64,000 bases of DNA from Gemmatimonadota bacterium (GTDB taxonomy: Bacteria > Gemmatimonadota > Gemmatimonadetes > Gemmatimonadales > GWC2-71-9). Location: positions 64,001 through 128,000 of the forward strand of contig JBDHAB010000002.1 of NCBI GenBank assembly GCA_039588295.1. Reading direction: 5' to 3'. How positions within the stretch are numbered: the first letter of the stretch is position 1; each line of letters starts with the position of its first letter. Positions 29,300 through 40,790 of this stretch are shown here, in pieces. Made by a program: the position numbers and the translations under genes. The notes below the pieces were generated by a model. It searched no databases. It worked only from the letters and a program-made list of their open reading frames with translations, and was not told the origin of the DNA.

Positions 29300-31873
29300 T
29301 TAGAAAGCAAACCCTGCCGTCGCGTAGACACCAACGCGTTCCTCGCTCTGCGCAATGGCGAGACTGATGGTGTTGGCCGGCCCGAGGAACGCCAGCCACA
29401 CGCCGCCGCCAGCCGCCCAGTGCCACGTATCGGATGTCTCGCCCTCGAGGAACACACGACCCAGGTCACCGAGTCCAAAGAAACCCATCTCCCCCGGCAG
29501 TACCAGGAAGATCCGACTCAACCGGAAACGTAACTCCGCGTTCCCGAACACCGCCCCGTCACCGCCGAACCGGTTCTGGCGACCGAGGCGGACCGAACTG
29601 GCATCCCCGATATACGCCGCCTCTTGAAACGGAAAGCGGCCCCACACCTTCTTGCCGCCCACACGCAAGGCGAGCGTCGGCCGCAGGGGCGCCGCGGCGG
29701 CCGTGAGATAGGTGGAGAGTTCGGCATGGGCCTCACCAAACGTGTCCTCGACATCCCAGATGGAAGGATACACGCTCCCGAGCAGCTGAACATGCACACC
29801 ACGGGTCGCCGCGGCGCGAGTGTCGCGCGTGTCGAACTCGATCCCCCCGCGCCACCCAATCTGCCCGAACCCGCCCTCACCATACACCGTCAAATCCGCG
29901 AGAATCCGGCCATCCTGTTCCTTGGTGCTCGCGAACTTCAAGGATGGACCAAGCGTGAGTTCCCCGTGGGCGCCGAGCGGCAACACCACCGCGGGCTCGA
30001 ACCCGAACTGAGCCTGATTGACCCGGTAGTAGTCATCCTCCAGCGTGAGCTGCGTCTCGTTTCCGAGGCCGTGATATCGGAGAATATCGATCCCCGAAAC
30101 CCACAGGTCGAACACCCCACGAACCCGCGAATTCCGCCGGTACACCTCTGCGGACAGCTGCGCGCGGCCCGTGGTCGGCCCAGTGGCGAATCCTCCCCGG
30201 AATAAGATCCGCGAGGCGTACGGCAGCTTCCGAAACCCGTAATGCGTCACATACGCACCGGCGCCGAGAAAGACGCCAACGTCCGGCCCGCCACCCACCC
30301 ACATGAGCGACCACCACCGGTGGCCCCAGTCCCGCGGCGGGAGCTCGCTCGGGAACCGCTTCGGTGGAAGCACGAAGGGACGTCGATCGATGCCCACACG
30401 ACCGCTGGCGCGATCATTGCCGACCGTGTAGAGCGTCACTCCACCGGTTAGCGCCGAGTCCAGCACTTCGGCGCTCCCACCACCCACGATCCGCAGCGGA
30501 ATCCCTCCATGGCGGCCACGGACGACAAAGCGGTCATCTCCGCCATAGAGGAAGAACCGCAGCTCTTCCGTCTCAGTCCTGAGGAAACGGCGCCGCCAAT
30601 ATGGTCTCTCCGCAACGGAGGATCCCGTTCCCAGATAGATCCCGACCTCGGAACTACCATCCTCATGGCGTTCCACCACGACCGTCTCCGTCCGATCTGT
30701 CGCGTGCACATCTACTTCGCCGGCGAGCAGCCGGTAGTACCGCTGTGCTCCCTCGGAGAGGCGGTCACGCCGAAGCTTGAGCGTTCGCGCCATCCGCTCG
30801 CCGTCCACGGCAAAGTACGGGGCCGGCAGCGCGCGGGCGGCGGCGTCAATCACGGAGTCGGTCACTCGAGCCACGAACTCGGTTATGACCGAATCCCAGG
30901 TGGGCCACTCGAGCTCAACGAGGAGCTGGCGATCGACATCTCGACCATTCCATCCAAAACCCGTGATGTCGGGGAGCTTTTCACCGAAGTTGATGATCTG
31001 TGGAGCGTACTGCCGAGTGAGCGAGAGCAGCACACCGTCGTAGCGGCAGAACGCCTGGTCCCGATCCTCCGGGATCGGCACCCAATAAGTCACCGAATCC
31101 GACCCGAAGCGCGCCCAGGTCCATTGCCCCCGGTGCCGGTCCCAGTCACCCACGAGCAAGTCGAACAGCCGTGCACGGAGAAACGTGGTGAGGTTCACCC
31201 GGTCCTCGGGGCCTCGCCGCATGCGCTCGAACAGCTCAGAAGTCTCGATGATCTCGTCGGCGCCCGCAAACGGGTCGACGCCCCGCTCGATCGTCGCCCG
31301 CCGCTCGAAGAACCCGAGTATCCCGGCGAACTCCTCACGGAACTCGCCAAGAGCGGGGTCGTCGGGGAGCACCACCAGGCGTGGGTTCGTGTGGGGGATG
31401 CCCGCCGCATCCAGCAACCGGGCGATGACCGCTGGTGCGGCCGGATGCTGGGAGCTGGTCTGATCCTCAACGATGTCCTCGACGATCGTCTCCCTGAGCT
31501 CGTCCGGCAGGACGGCCGGCTTCTTGTCCACCGAGCGGAACCCGTACTCATACCCGTCCGCGCCACGGAACCGCAGCGACTTGGTCTGGAACCCGCCGCC
31601 TTTTGTCGTGGGCGTGAGACCGCCAGCTTCCGTCGCGAGATCCAGCACCGCCACCCGAAGCGGCAACGTCCACAGCTCGCGATAGTCACCGCCAAAGAAG
31701 AACCGGTGGAACCCACCCGCGCCATATTGTCGTCCCGCGACCACCTCGACGGAGTCTCCACCTACGAGCCGGCCGCTCACCTCCTGGGCGGGTACACGCG
31801 CTGCCAGGCCGAGGCCTACCGACGCAACGAACAGCAGCACGCAGCACACTCGGCGGATCACTAGGGCTTTCAT
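29300..31873 (-). CDS. Omp85/BamA-TamA-type outer-membrane protein with a large N-terminal putative atypical-kinase-fold domain
   Basis: Signal peptide (VPA-Q). The C-terminal beta-barrel has DTRD, P..E..YIG...VR...NRF.GD, NAELR, D.GRVF and terminal GFAF. The N-terminal part has GGGFQT, FRSVDK, FDLLVGDWDRH and IPEDRDQAF. ATGA overlap with the upstream gene. Confidence 0.85.
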   Translation of the reverse strand: MKALVIRRVCCVLLFVASVGLGLAARVPAQEVSGRLVGGDSVEVVAGRQYGAGGFHRFFFGGDYRELWTLPLRVAVLDLATEAGGLTPTTKGGGFQTKSLRFRGADGYEYGFRSVDKKPAVLPDELRETIVEDIVEDQTSSQHPAAPAVIARLLDAAGIPHTNPRLVVLPDDPALGEFREEFAGILGFFERRATIERGVDPFAGADEIIETSELFERMRRGPEDRVNLTTFLRARLFDLLVGDWDRHRGQWTWARFGSDSVTYWVPIPEDRDQAFCRYDGVLLSLTRQYAPQIINFGEKLPDITGFGWNGRDVDRQLLVELEWPTWDSVITEFVARVTDSVIDAAARALPAPYFAVDGERMARTLKLRRDRLSEGAQRYYRLLAGEVDVHATDRTETVVVERHEDGSSEVGIYLGTGSSVAERPYWRRRFLRTETEELRFFLYGGDDRFVVRGRHGGIPLRIVGGGSAEVLDSALTGGVTLYTVGNDRASGRVGIDRRPFVLPPKRFPSELPPRDWGHRWWSLMWVGGGPDVGVFLGAGAYVTHYGFRKLPYASRILFRGGFATGPTTGRAQLSAEVYRRNSRVRGVFDLWVSGIDILRYHGLGNETQLTLEDDYYRVNQAQFGFEPAVVLPLGAHGELTLGPSLKFASTKEQDGRILADLTVYGEGGFGQIGWRGGIEFDTRDTRAAATRGVHVQLLGSVYPSIWDVEDTFGEAHAELSTYLTAAAAPLRPTLALRVGGKKVWGRFPFQEAAYIGDASSVRLGRQNRFGGDGAVFGNAELRFRLSRIFLVLPGEMGFFGLGDLGRVFLEGETSDTWHWAAGGGVWLAFLGPANTISLAIAQSEERVGVYATAGFAF

Positions 31874-33099
31874 GGACGATTCTCCTCTTGGCCGTGCTCC
31901 GTCACAAGCCACATCGAGAAGTCCTCACGCACATCACCCTCCGGCCCCACCGCCATCACGCCGAGTCGCACCCGTCCGTCAGTCAGAACATCGACGCGCA
32001 TGAACCCGCTCTCCGCTTCCGCATATCGAGACTGTCGCAGGTAGACGACTCGCGTCGTATGTCCGTAGTACCCTCCCCCACTCACCAGAATGTGCCTCAC
32101 CCGACTGTCGTCGATCACCTGCAGGTTGTGCTCGTGGCCCGACGCGTAGAACAGCGGGACTCGCTCGGCAAACGCCGCGCTCAGGGAATCGAGCATCGCA
32201 ATGTACGCGTCGCCGGAGAGATCCTGTGCCGAAATACCGGAGGCGCGGGCCAATGGATACAGAGAACCCACGATCGGTAGCGGGACCCACAGCCATGACT
32301 TGAGAGCCCGCAGCGGAAACAGGTGGTCCAGGATGCCGAAATGCCCACCGTGGATTCCCCCGGAGGCCATGGGGTGGTGGGCGAGAATCCCGACGACCCT
32401 GTCTCCCGCTCGCCGGAGCAGCGTGCGCACCGAGTCTGTGACCTCACCCGGTGCGTCGGCCCGACAGTCCGACGTTGGGTCCGTGGGTTTCTCACCGGGG
32501 TGAAGCCACCACTGTGTGTCCAGCGCGATCAGCCGCAGCCATTCACCGACGTCGACCGCGACCGGCCCCGGACAGCCTCCGCTCGGCTGGAGGCTGATTC
32601 GTGCATTCCCCTGGGCGGCGAGGAACTCCTGCTGACGCCGGATGGTGTTCCACCCGTCGTCTCCTGATTCCGCCCAATCATGGTTGCCGGGAACGAAAAT
32701 GCCACGCGCTCCGTCCACGACCACGTCGACCTGCGCGGCAAGCCGTCGCTCTGCCAGCTTCCGGTTGGGAGAACCGGTCGGAGGAAGCCCCGCTGGATAC
32801 ACATTGTCGCCCAAGAACACGACGACGCTCCGGTCTGGCTGCTCACCGACGGCCGCCGCCGCCGCCAGCAGCACCAGATCGCCGCTCAAGTTCGGCTTCC
32901 CGGCGTCGCCCACCAGAAACACCGTCACGTCAATCGAGTCGGAAGCCGGTGCCGGCGCAGGCGGCGTGACAAGCCTGGGTTGCGACTGGCACGACGCAAC
33001 AACGAGAACACCGGTAGCGAGCGCTGCGATGCGTGCGATTGTCGCATGCGGCGCGTACCGGGTCACCGCAGATCCTCGTCGCAATCTCGTGTCAGTCAT
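31870..33099 (-). CDS. Calcineurin-like/purple-acid-phosphatase-like metallophosphoesterase, lipoprotein
   Basis: Lipobox VASC; GDAG, LGDNVY, PGNHDW, AHHP, SGHEH motifs; ATGA overlap with the mscS-like gene. Confidence 0.92.
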   Translation of the reverse strand: MTDTRLRRGSAVTRYAPHATIARIAALATGVLVVASCQSQPRLVTPPAPAPASDSIDVTVFLVGDAGKPNLSGDLVLLAAAAAVGEQPDRSVVVFLGDNVYPAGLPPTGSPNRKLAERRLAAQVDVVVDGARGIFVPGNHDWAESGDDGWNTIRRQQEFLAAQGNARISLQPSGGCPGPVAVDVGEWLRLIALDTQWWLHPGEKPTDPTSDCRADAPGEVTDSVRTLLRRAGDRVVGILAHHPMASGGIHGGHFGILDHLFPLRALKSWLWVPLPIVGSLYPLARASGISAQDLSGDAYIAMLDSLSAAFAERVPLFYASGHEHNLQVIDDSRVRHILVSGGGYYGHTTRVVYLRQSRYAEAESGFMRVDVLTDGRVRLGVMAVGPEGDVREDFSMWLVTEHGQEENRP

Positions 33100-34379
33100 G
33101 CGGTGGTTCCCGCCTCGTGCGCAGCCCGACCCCGGAACCCGGCCTCGAAGTCTCGGCCCGCGGGATGCTGGAATACGCGGAGACCGAATTCCGGGGCAAT
33201 GGCGAGAATGTGATCGAACACGTCTGACTGGATGCCCTCGTAATCCACCCACCCGATCACGTTGGAGAACGCGTAGACCTCGAGCGGCAGGCCGTCGGGT
33301 GTTGGATCGCGTTGACGTACCATGAGCGTCATGCCTTTGTGCGTCTCGGAACGTTGCCGCAGATAGTTCACGACATACGCCCGAAACGTCCCGATGTTCG
33401 TGAGACGGCGTGCATTGACGACCAACTCGGGTTCGGTCGGCTGCGGAGCCGCAGCCAACTCGGCTCTCTTGCCTCGGATGTACTCCCGAAGCAGTGCGAA
33501 GTTCTCGAACCGGTCGAGGTCGTCCGCACTCAGGAACCTGATGGTGTTCATGTCGATATGAATCGAGCGCTTGATCCTCCTCCCACCGGATTCCGACATG
33601 CCGCGCCAGTTCTTGAACGAACCTTCAATCAGCTTGTGCGTGGGAATCGTCGTGATCGTCTTGTCCCAGTTCTGCACCTTGATGGTGTGCAGAGCGATGT
33701 CGATCACATCGCCGTCGGCGCCGAACTCCGGAACCTCGATCCAATCGCCAACCCGCACCATGTTGTAGCTCGCCAACTGGAGACTGGCAACGAACGACAG
33801 GATCGTATCCCGGAAGATCAACAGAATCACGGCGGTCATCGCACCGACGCCACTCAGGAACAGCAGCGGTGACCGGTCGATGAGCGTCGAGATGATCACG
33901 ATCGCGCCGATGATATACATCACCAGCTTCGCGATCTGGACGTATCCCTTGATGGGGCGGTTTTCGAATCGGGGTGTTGCGGCGTAGAGCGCGTTGACGG
34001 CGGAGAGGAACGCTCCGACACTGCTCAGCAGCACGAGGACGATCGTGGCCGCCGCCACCCGTGTAATCACACTGCTCACCGAAGTCGGCAGGTTCGGAAG
34101 CAGTAGCACGCCGTAGTACACCGTGAGCGCCGGCGCCAGGTGGGCGAGGCGCGTGAACACACGGTGCTCGAGCAGCACGTCGTCCCAGCGGAACGCCGTA
34201 CCACGCACGAGGCGACTGATCACCGCGAGCAGCAGCTGCCTGGCGATCTTGTCAGCCAGATAAGCGGCGAGAGCGAGCAGGAGCAGACCCGCCACCTGCG
34301 CCGCCACCGTCGGCTCCCCGAGCCAGTCCAGCACTGAGGATCCCAAGGTTGTTTCGCTCTCCTGCAGAGCCGAGATCAT
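33096..34379 (-). CDS. Small-conductance mechanosensitive channel, YbdG/MscM-like
   Basis: PIKGYVQ, GAMTAV.LLIFRDTILS.VAS, GDWIEVP..GADGDV, VQNWDKTITTIPT, GGRRIKRS, TNIGTFRAY. Confidence 0.93.
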   Translation of the reverse strand: MISALQESETTLGSSVLDWLGEPTVAAQVAGLLLLALAAYLADKIARQLLLAVISRLVRGTAFRWDDVLLEHRVFTRLAHLAPALTVYYGVLLLPNLPTSVSSVITRVAAATIVLVLLSSVGAFLSAVNALYAATPRFENRPIKGYVQIAKLVMYIIGAIVIISTLIDRSPLLFLSGVGAMTAVILLIFRDTILSFVASLQLASYNMVRVGDWIEVPEFGADGDVIDIALHTIKVQNWDKTITTIPTHKLIEGSFKNWRGMSESGGRRIKRSIHIDMNTIRFLSADDLDRFENFALLREYIRGKRAELAAAPQPTEPELVVNARRLTNIGTFRAYVVNYLRQRSETHKGMTLMVRQRDPTPDGLPLEVYAFSNVIGWVDYEGIQSDVFDHILAIAPEFGLRVFQHPAGRDFEAGFRGRAAHEAGTTA

Positions 34380-35719
34380 CGTTTCCCTCCGTCACCGATG
34401 ACAGCCACCACGCGACGAGATCCCGCCAACCTCGGGTGGGAACCGCCCGCAAGCGCTACGCCGAAATGGACTCGGAAGAACACATCCAGCGCTGCGGCCA
34501 ACGCGTCTCCAAAGGCCTCATGACTACTCGCACTGTCGCGCACACCGTCGAAATTAGCCTCCAATTGCAGCGCGCTGACCGTTCCATCATCGCGAGAGCC
34601 GTGTCGTTTGGTGCTGTATCCCCCACTGTAGTATGGTGCTCCTCCCGGATGCCGGAACCGAGCACTCGGCACAGCCGGAAACCCACGGTCGGCCAAGAGG
34701 CTGCCGAGACTCGACGGCCCGCGAACGATCGCAGCCAGCCCGGAGTCGGAGTGCGCAACGAGCTCCCGCAGACTGCTCTTCTCCGCGAACGCCGAGAGAC
34801 TCAATTCCGAATCCGGAAGCTCGAGGTCCGTCGAACTCAGAAGATACCCCAGCTCGAGACGCTGCAACGCATGGCCGTGACCGTGCACGTCGATGTACAG
34901 GCCGCGTCCGTACTGCTCCGCAACCGAGGCCGTTGCCTTATCGACAAACCCATGGTACTCACTCCAGGCCCACTCGGCGAACGGATGTCCCTGCGCAGCC
35001 TCAACGACCTCTCGGTTGGGATCCAGCTTGCGACGATGCAGATGAGAGATGATCAGGTGGATTTGCCGTCCCGTACGTAGGCGCACTGCCTTCGCCACGG
35101 CACGAGCGAGTTCACGCGTATTGCGATCCCGCCCCGTCGTACCGTACGAACGGTCGGGCAGTTCCAGAGGTTCCAGCCCTCCTCCGTGCGGCGCCGAGAC
35201 CACGATGGGAACGTCACCCACAATGTACTCGATGTATCCGTGGCGACCGAGATAGCGCTCGCCAACCTCGAACTGATACCCGGGCGGGAGGTACACCTCG
35301 AGGCGTGCGGTATCCGACACGGGTCCGGCGCTGGCAATGATGTCGGTGACCCCCTGAGCCCGGGCAGTGGCGAGCCCGTGCGGATCGACGGAAGCGACCG
35401 TCGGGTCTCCGCTTTGCCAGCTGACGAATGCGCCGGGCAGCACGGCACCTGCGGCATCTTCGACTCGCGTTCGGAACCGTACCAGGGCACCGGCCTCAGT
35501 CGCGAGCACCAAGCCCGGTGTGATGACGACACGGGCGGGAACGGGCGGGGCCAACTCGCCACATGCGAGCAGGCCACCCTCGCCCAAGAGCACGGCGGCG
35601 ACACCCAGCCACCGTCGAAGAAGCGCGCCGCCAGAGTGATCAGGTCGGCGTGGATTCGAGCTGCCGAACCTGCCGCAGCGCACCGACGAACTGCTCCGTC
35701 GCCTTCTCGAGATATTCAT
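34376..35719 (-). CDS. Lipoprotein with Ig-like (Big_2-like) domain and N-formylglutamate amidohydrolase-like domain; start uncertain
   Basis: LLAC lipobox; VSWQSGDPTVASVDPHGLATA Ig-like motif; SAPHGG, RRKLDPNR, IDVHGHGH, LQLE. Confidence 0.75.
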   Translation of the reverse strand: MNISRRRRSSSSVRCGRFGSSNPRRPDHSGGALLRRWLGVAAVLLGEGGLLACGELAPPVPARVVITPGLVLATEAGALVRFRTRVEDAAGAVLPGAFVSWQSGDPTVASVDPHGLATARAQGVTDIIASAGPVSDTARLEVYLPPGYQFEVGERYLGRHGYIEYIVGDVPIVVSAPHGGGLEPLELPDRSYGTTGRDRNTRELARAVAKAVRLRTGRQIHLIISHLHRRKLDPNREVVEAAQGHPFAEWAWSEYHGFVDKATASVAEQYGRGLYIDVHGHGHALQRLELGYLLSSTDLELPDSELSLSAFAEKSSLRELVAHSDSGLAAIVRGPSSLGSLLADRGFPAVPSARFRHPGGAPYYSGGYSTKRHGSRDDGTVSALQLEANFDGVRDSASSHEAFGDALAAALDVFFRVHFGVALAGGSHPRLAGSRRVVAVIGDGGKR

Positions 35720-36179
35720 TGACCTCGTCGATGTAACCATCCGCCGAGGCGGACCACACGCGATTGAGATACCGCTCGCCCGTCGCGAAATAGTTCATCA
35801 CATCGGCATAGGCCTGCAGCCCATGCACGTGCGCGATACTCTCTCTCGCCTCGACGAACGTGTTGAGGTCGTCCGGGAACAACGCATCAATCCGCAGCCG
35901 CGCTTCGTACGGATCGAGCGAGTCCTTGGTCCTGTTCATGCGCTCGAGGTTTCCCACCACCCGCTCGAGGCTGTCTCCGATGGCCTGCATGTTGGAAGTG
36001 AGCTTCCCTTCCGCTCTCGCCTCGCGCCGCATGCTGATGCGAACAACGGCGATGCCAAGCACCCCGACCACGAGCGCGGCAGCGAAACTCCCCCAGCGCA
36101 CCAGCTCCTCATCCAACACGGTGGTCAGGGCACCTGCGAGGAATGCAAGCGAGATCAGCACATATCCGAGTCGTTTCAT
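35640..36179 (-). CDS. Hypothetical membrane protein (2 TM plus helical domain) downstream of the OPT transporter
   Basis: ATG 36179 with GGGGGA RBS; two hydrophobic helices; FATGERYLNRVWSASADGY. Confidence 0.8.
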   Translation of the reverse strand: MKRLGYVLISLAFLAGALTTVLDEELVRWGSFAAALVVGVLGIAVVRISMRREARAEGKLTSNMQAIGDSLERVVGNLERMNRTKDSLDPYEARLRIDALFPDDLNTFVEARESIAHVHGLQAYADVMNYFATGERYLNRVWSASADGYIDEVNEYLEKATEQFVGALRQVRQLESTPT

Positions 36180-36189
36180 CTCGTCCCCC

Positions 36190-37938
<1,749 letters not shown>

Positions 37939-38016
37939 GTCCCATCCTTTCGTCAGAGAAGCCTGGCATTGCGACGACGACGCGAGGGGCCCCGCGGTCC
38001 CTCGCCACCGCTGCTG

Positions 38017-38232
38017 CTATGACCCACCCGAGCCGTCCCGCGCGCCCATCTCGTCCACCAACCACCTTGCGCGCTCGGCATCGGCGTCGTGCACAACACA
38101 TACGGTGGGGTACGGTCGCGTCGTGACAGGCATGGGATCGGCCCGCACGACGGCGTCGATCCCCTCCTGCGCGAGCATCTCACATACAAACTGCGCGTCG
38201 ACGGGATCCTTTGCGACGTAGACTTCCTTCAC
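38017..38232 (-). CDS. DUF2007-like small putative signal-transducing protein
   Basis: VY.A.DPVDAQFV..ML..EGIDAVV...V.V...DAERAR; GGAGG RBS before GTG 38232. Confidence 0.75.
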   Translation of the reverse strand: MKEVYVAKDPVDAQFVCEMLAQEGIDAVVRADPMPVTTRPYPTVCVVHDADAERARWLVDEMGARDGSGGS

Positions 38233-38246
38233 ACCGCCTCCGATCG

Positions 38247-39119
38247 TCAAATTGGCCGGCTCGCACCGCTCGAAGCATAACCACCCGCACCCCGCTCCAA
38301 TCGCTCGCCGCAGAACTTACAGTGCACCGCATCCGGGTCGTGACCGACCTCGCCGCAATCCGGACAACGGCGGGGCGGCGGGCGGCGTTCCCGGGCGCGG
38401 GACAATTCGATCGTCACGATGCCGGTGGGCACAGCGATAATCGAGTAACCCAACATCATGATCACGGCAGCGACGGTCTGGCCAAGGTTCGTTTGGGGCG
38501 AGATATCGCCGTATCCTACGGTCGTGAGCGTCACGATGGTCCAGTAGACGCTGCGCGGGATGCTGGTGAACCCGGATTGCTCCCCTTCGATGATGTACAT
38601 CACGGACCCGAGGATCACGGCCAGCACCAACACCGCCAGGAGAAACACGGTGATCTTGCGTCGGCTCTCACGCATCGCCGTCATCAGTGTGTCGGCTTCA
38701 CCCACGTACTTGACCAGTTTGAGCACCCGGTAGACCCGTAGCACACGGAGTATCCGGATGACCAGCAGATACTGGCTGCCTGGTATGAGGACGCTGACAT
38801 AGGTCGGGAGAATCGCGAGCAGGTCCACGATCCCGAAGAAGCTCCGCGCGTATCGTCCGGCATTCCGAGCGCAGAGGAGCCGCAGAACATACTCCGCGGT
38901 GAACAGGACCGTGAAGCCCCACTCGGCGGCATAGAGCAGATCACCGGAGGTCGCATGGATGGACTCGACCGTATCGAGCATGACCGCAATGACGCTGGCA
39001 ACGATGCTGACAATCAAGGCAACGTCGAACAGCTTCCCGCCACGGGTGTCGTGCTGGAAGATGATCCGATAGAGCTCGCGTCTCCACGCTGCCCGGTCAC
39101 TCATGGCATCGGCTTGCAT
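38247..39119 (-). CDS. Voltage-gated-type potassium channel (ion transporter) with C-terminal Zn-ribbon
   Basis: S4-like IRILRVLRVYRVLK, selectivity filter TTVGYGD, CPDC...CKFCG. Confidence 0.93.
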   Translation of the reverse strand: MQADAMSDRAAWRRELYRIIFQHDTRGGKLFDVALIVSIVASVIAVMLDTVESIHATSGDLLYAAEWGFTVLFTAEYVLRLLCARNAGRYARSFFGIVDLLAILPTYVSVLIPGSQYLLVIRILRVLRVYRVLKLVKYVGEADTLMTAMRESRRKITVFLLAVLVLAVILGSVMYIIEGEQSGFTSIPRSVYWTIVTLTTVGYGDISPQTNLGQTVAAVIMMLGYSIIAVPTGIVTIELSRARERRPPPRRCPDCGEVGHDPDAVHCKFCGERLERGAGGYASSGASRPI

Positions 39120-39120
39120 C

Positions 39121-39273
39121 TCACGACTCCGGTTGCCCACGTTGGCCCGACGCCAGCCCACTCGGGCCGGGCGGGGAACGTGACGAATCCTCGGTGTTCA
39201 GCGCGTTCCGATCTCCCGGCTGGCATCCCGCCAGGGCGAGGAGACCGAGACCAACGGCAGGAGTGCCTTTCAT
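39121..39273 (-). CDS. Candidate small lipoprotein (50 aa)
   Basis: MKGTPAVGLGLLALAGC signal with LAGC lipobox; its stop lies 1 nt before the channel ATG. No clear RBS. Confidence 0.35.
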   Translation of the reverse strand: MKGTPAVGLGLLALAGCQPGDRNALNTEDSSRSPPGPSGLASGQRGQPES

Positions 39274-39555
39274 CCGAGCACCGGTGGGTCCACGGTCAGC
39301 GGGTAAGCTGTGGTCGGGTTGCGTGTGCTGCAAGATGAGGACGGCTCACACCGGCAGCCAGGTCTCGAGGTGCGGAACGGTCAGGTGCCGGGATGAGCAC
39401 CTAGGCTGACGACAGGTTCAACAGTACTTTGGTACTTTCTGGGTACCCCGCGGCCGCAGCGGATCGGGGCTGGCCTGCTCTGGGACTATCGGCGAGCTCG
39501 CCACGAGCAGCGGTATCCGGAAGCGTACAGCGACCTTGAGTCAGGAGGTGAACCG

Positions 39556-40266
39556 ATGCGGCCATTCTCCTTGGGCGTCACGACGCTCGTGCAAGGCGTC
39601 TACGCCCTGTTGTGGGTAGTCGTGCTCCTCGATGTCGCGTCGCCGACGTTCGACCTTCGTGGCTTCCCTGACTGGACGGGGGTACAGGCCGGGGTTGCAG
39701 CGGTCGTGCTGTTCACCGCCTCGGTGGCGCTCGGCGTCGTCATGCACACTGTCTCGAGGCGCCTCTTCCATCACCTCAAGGAGTCGTGGGCGCTCACGGT
39801 CCTGTCGAGTGCGGCGGTTCGGCGCCGGTTCGCCTCGTTGGAATCGGTCGAGACGGTCCCTGGAGGACTGAAGTACAAAGATATCCTCAACGACGAGACC
39901 GCAGATCGCGTACGTCAAGCCGGCGAATTTCTGCACGCGCTCGAGTACCAGCTCATGACACGAGCGCTTGACGTCTACCAAACGATACAGGTCTACCGCG
40001 ATCAGTACCGGCTGGCGCGCGGCTTCATTCTACCGTCGGCCGCGTTCGCCATCGTGCTTCCTCTGTGGGATCCGGTGCGGGCGTTAGACGGCGCGGGGTT
40101 CATCGGACCATTCCCGATCATCCGAACGCAGCTGTTCCTGCTGAGCGTCCTTGCCGCCGCCGTCAGCTATGTGGCGTTCCGTGAGCGGTCGTACCGCTAC
40201 GCCGCCGCCAAGGCGCTCGCGTTCGCGACGCTCGAGGGGCTGCGGGCTAAGAACAGGAAGCCGTAG
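39556..40266 (+). CDS. Hypothetical membrane protein (about 4 TM)
   Basis: Strong AGGAGGTG RBS, GC3-biased codons, hydrophobic helices; no family recognised. Confidence 0.8.
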   Translation: MRPFSLGVTTLVQGVYALLWVVVLLDVASPTFDLRGFPDWTGVQAGVAAVVLFTASVALGVVMHTVSRRLFHHLKESWALTVLSSAAVRRRFASLESVETVPGGLKYKDILNDETADRVRQAGEFLHALEYQLMTRALDVYQTIQVYRDQYRLARGFILPSAAFAIVLPLWDPVRALDGAGFIGPFPIIRTQLFLLSVLAAAVSYVAFRERSYRYAAAKALAFATLEGLRAKNRKP

Positions 40267-40377
40267 CTACGGCCTTGGTGCCGGAGGCATCCCGCCGGGT
40301 CCTCTTCCGCGCTTGCGGGTTGGCGTGTTACGTTGTCCGCCCCGTTCTTCGGTGCGGTTCTCTCGGTGCATTGAACG

Positions 40378-40761
40378 ATGCTGGCGCACAAGCACGACGG
40401 CTTTACGCTGATCGAGGTCCTGATCGTGATGGTGATCATCGGCCTCTTGGCGACGATCGTGATTCCCCGGTTCGGGGCGTCTAAGGAGAAGGCCCTCCTC
40501 ACGTCGATGAAGGCCGATCTGCGCAACCTCGCGATGCAGCAAGAGAGCTACGTGATCGAGAATCACGCCTACACCACGAGTTTTCCCGCGACCCTGTTTC
40601 GCCTGACCGCCAGTGTGACCGGACCAACGATCGCACTCACGGGCAACGGCTGGACGGCATACGTCGGGCATACCGGAACCACCAAGACTTGCGCCATCTT
40701 CATGGGATCGACGCCCCTTGCGCCCGCCACCAAGGAGGGCGTCCCGGACTGCACTCCGTAA
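40378..40761 (+). CDS. Type IV pilin-like protein (prepilin N-methylation motif)
   Basis: G|FTLIEVLIVMVIIGLLATIVIP class III signal; C-terminal Cys pair. Confidence 0.9.
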   Translation: MLAHKHDGFTLIEVLIVMVIIGLLATIVIPRFGASKEKALLTSMKADLRNLAMQQESYVIENHAYTTSFPATLFRLTASVTGPTIALTGNGWTAYVGHTGTTKTCAIFMGSTPLAPATKEGVPDCTP

Positions 40762-40790
40762 CACCGCCGACGCACACGTAGCCTCACACA

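Noticed and set aside
40321..40337. sigma54-like TGGCGT...TTG upstream of the pilin
   Set aside because: The spacing is off by one and the -12 GC is missing.
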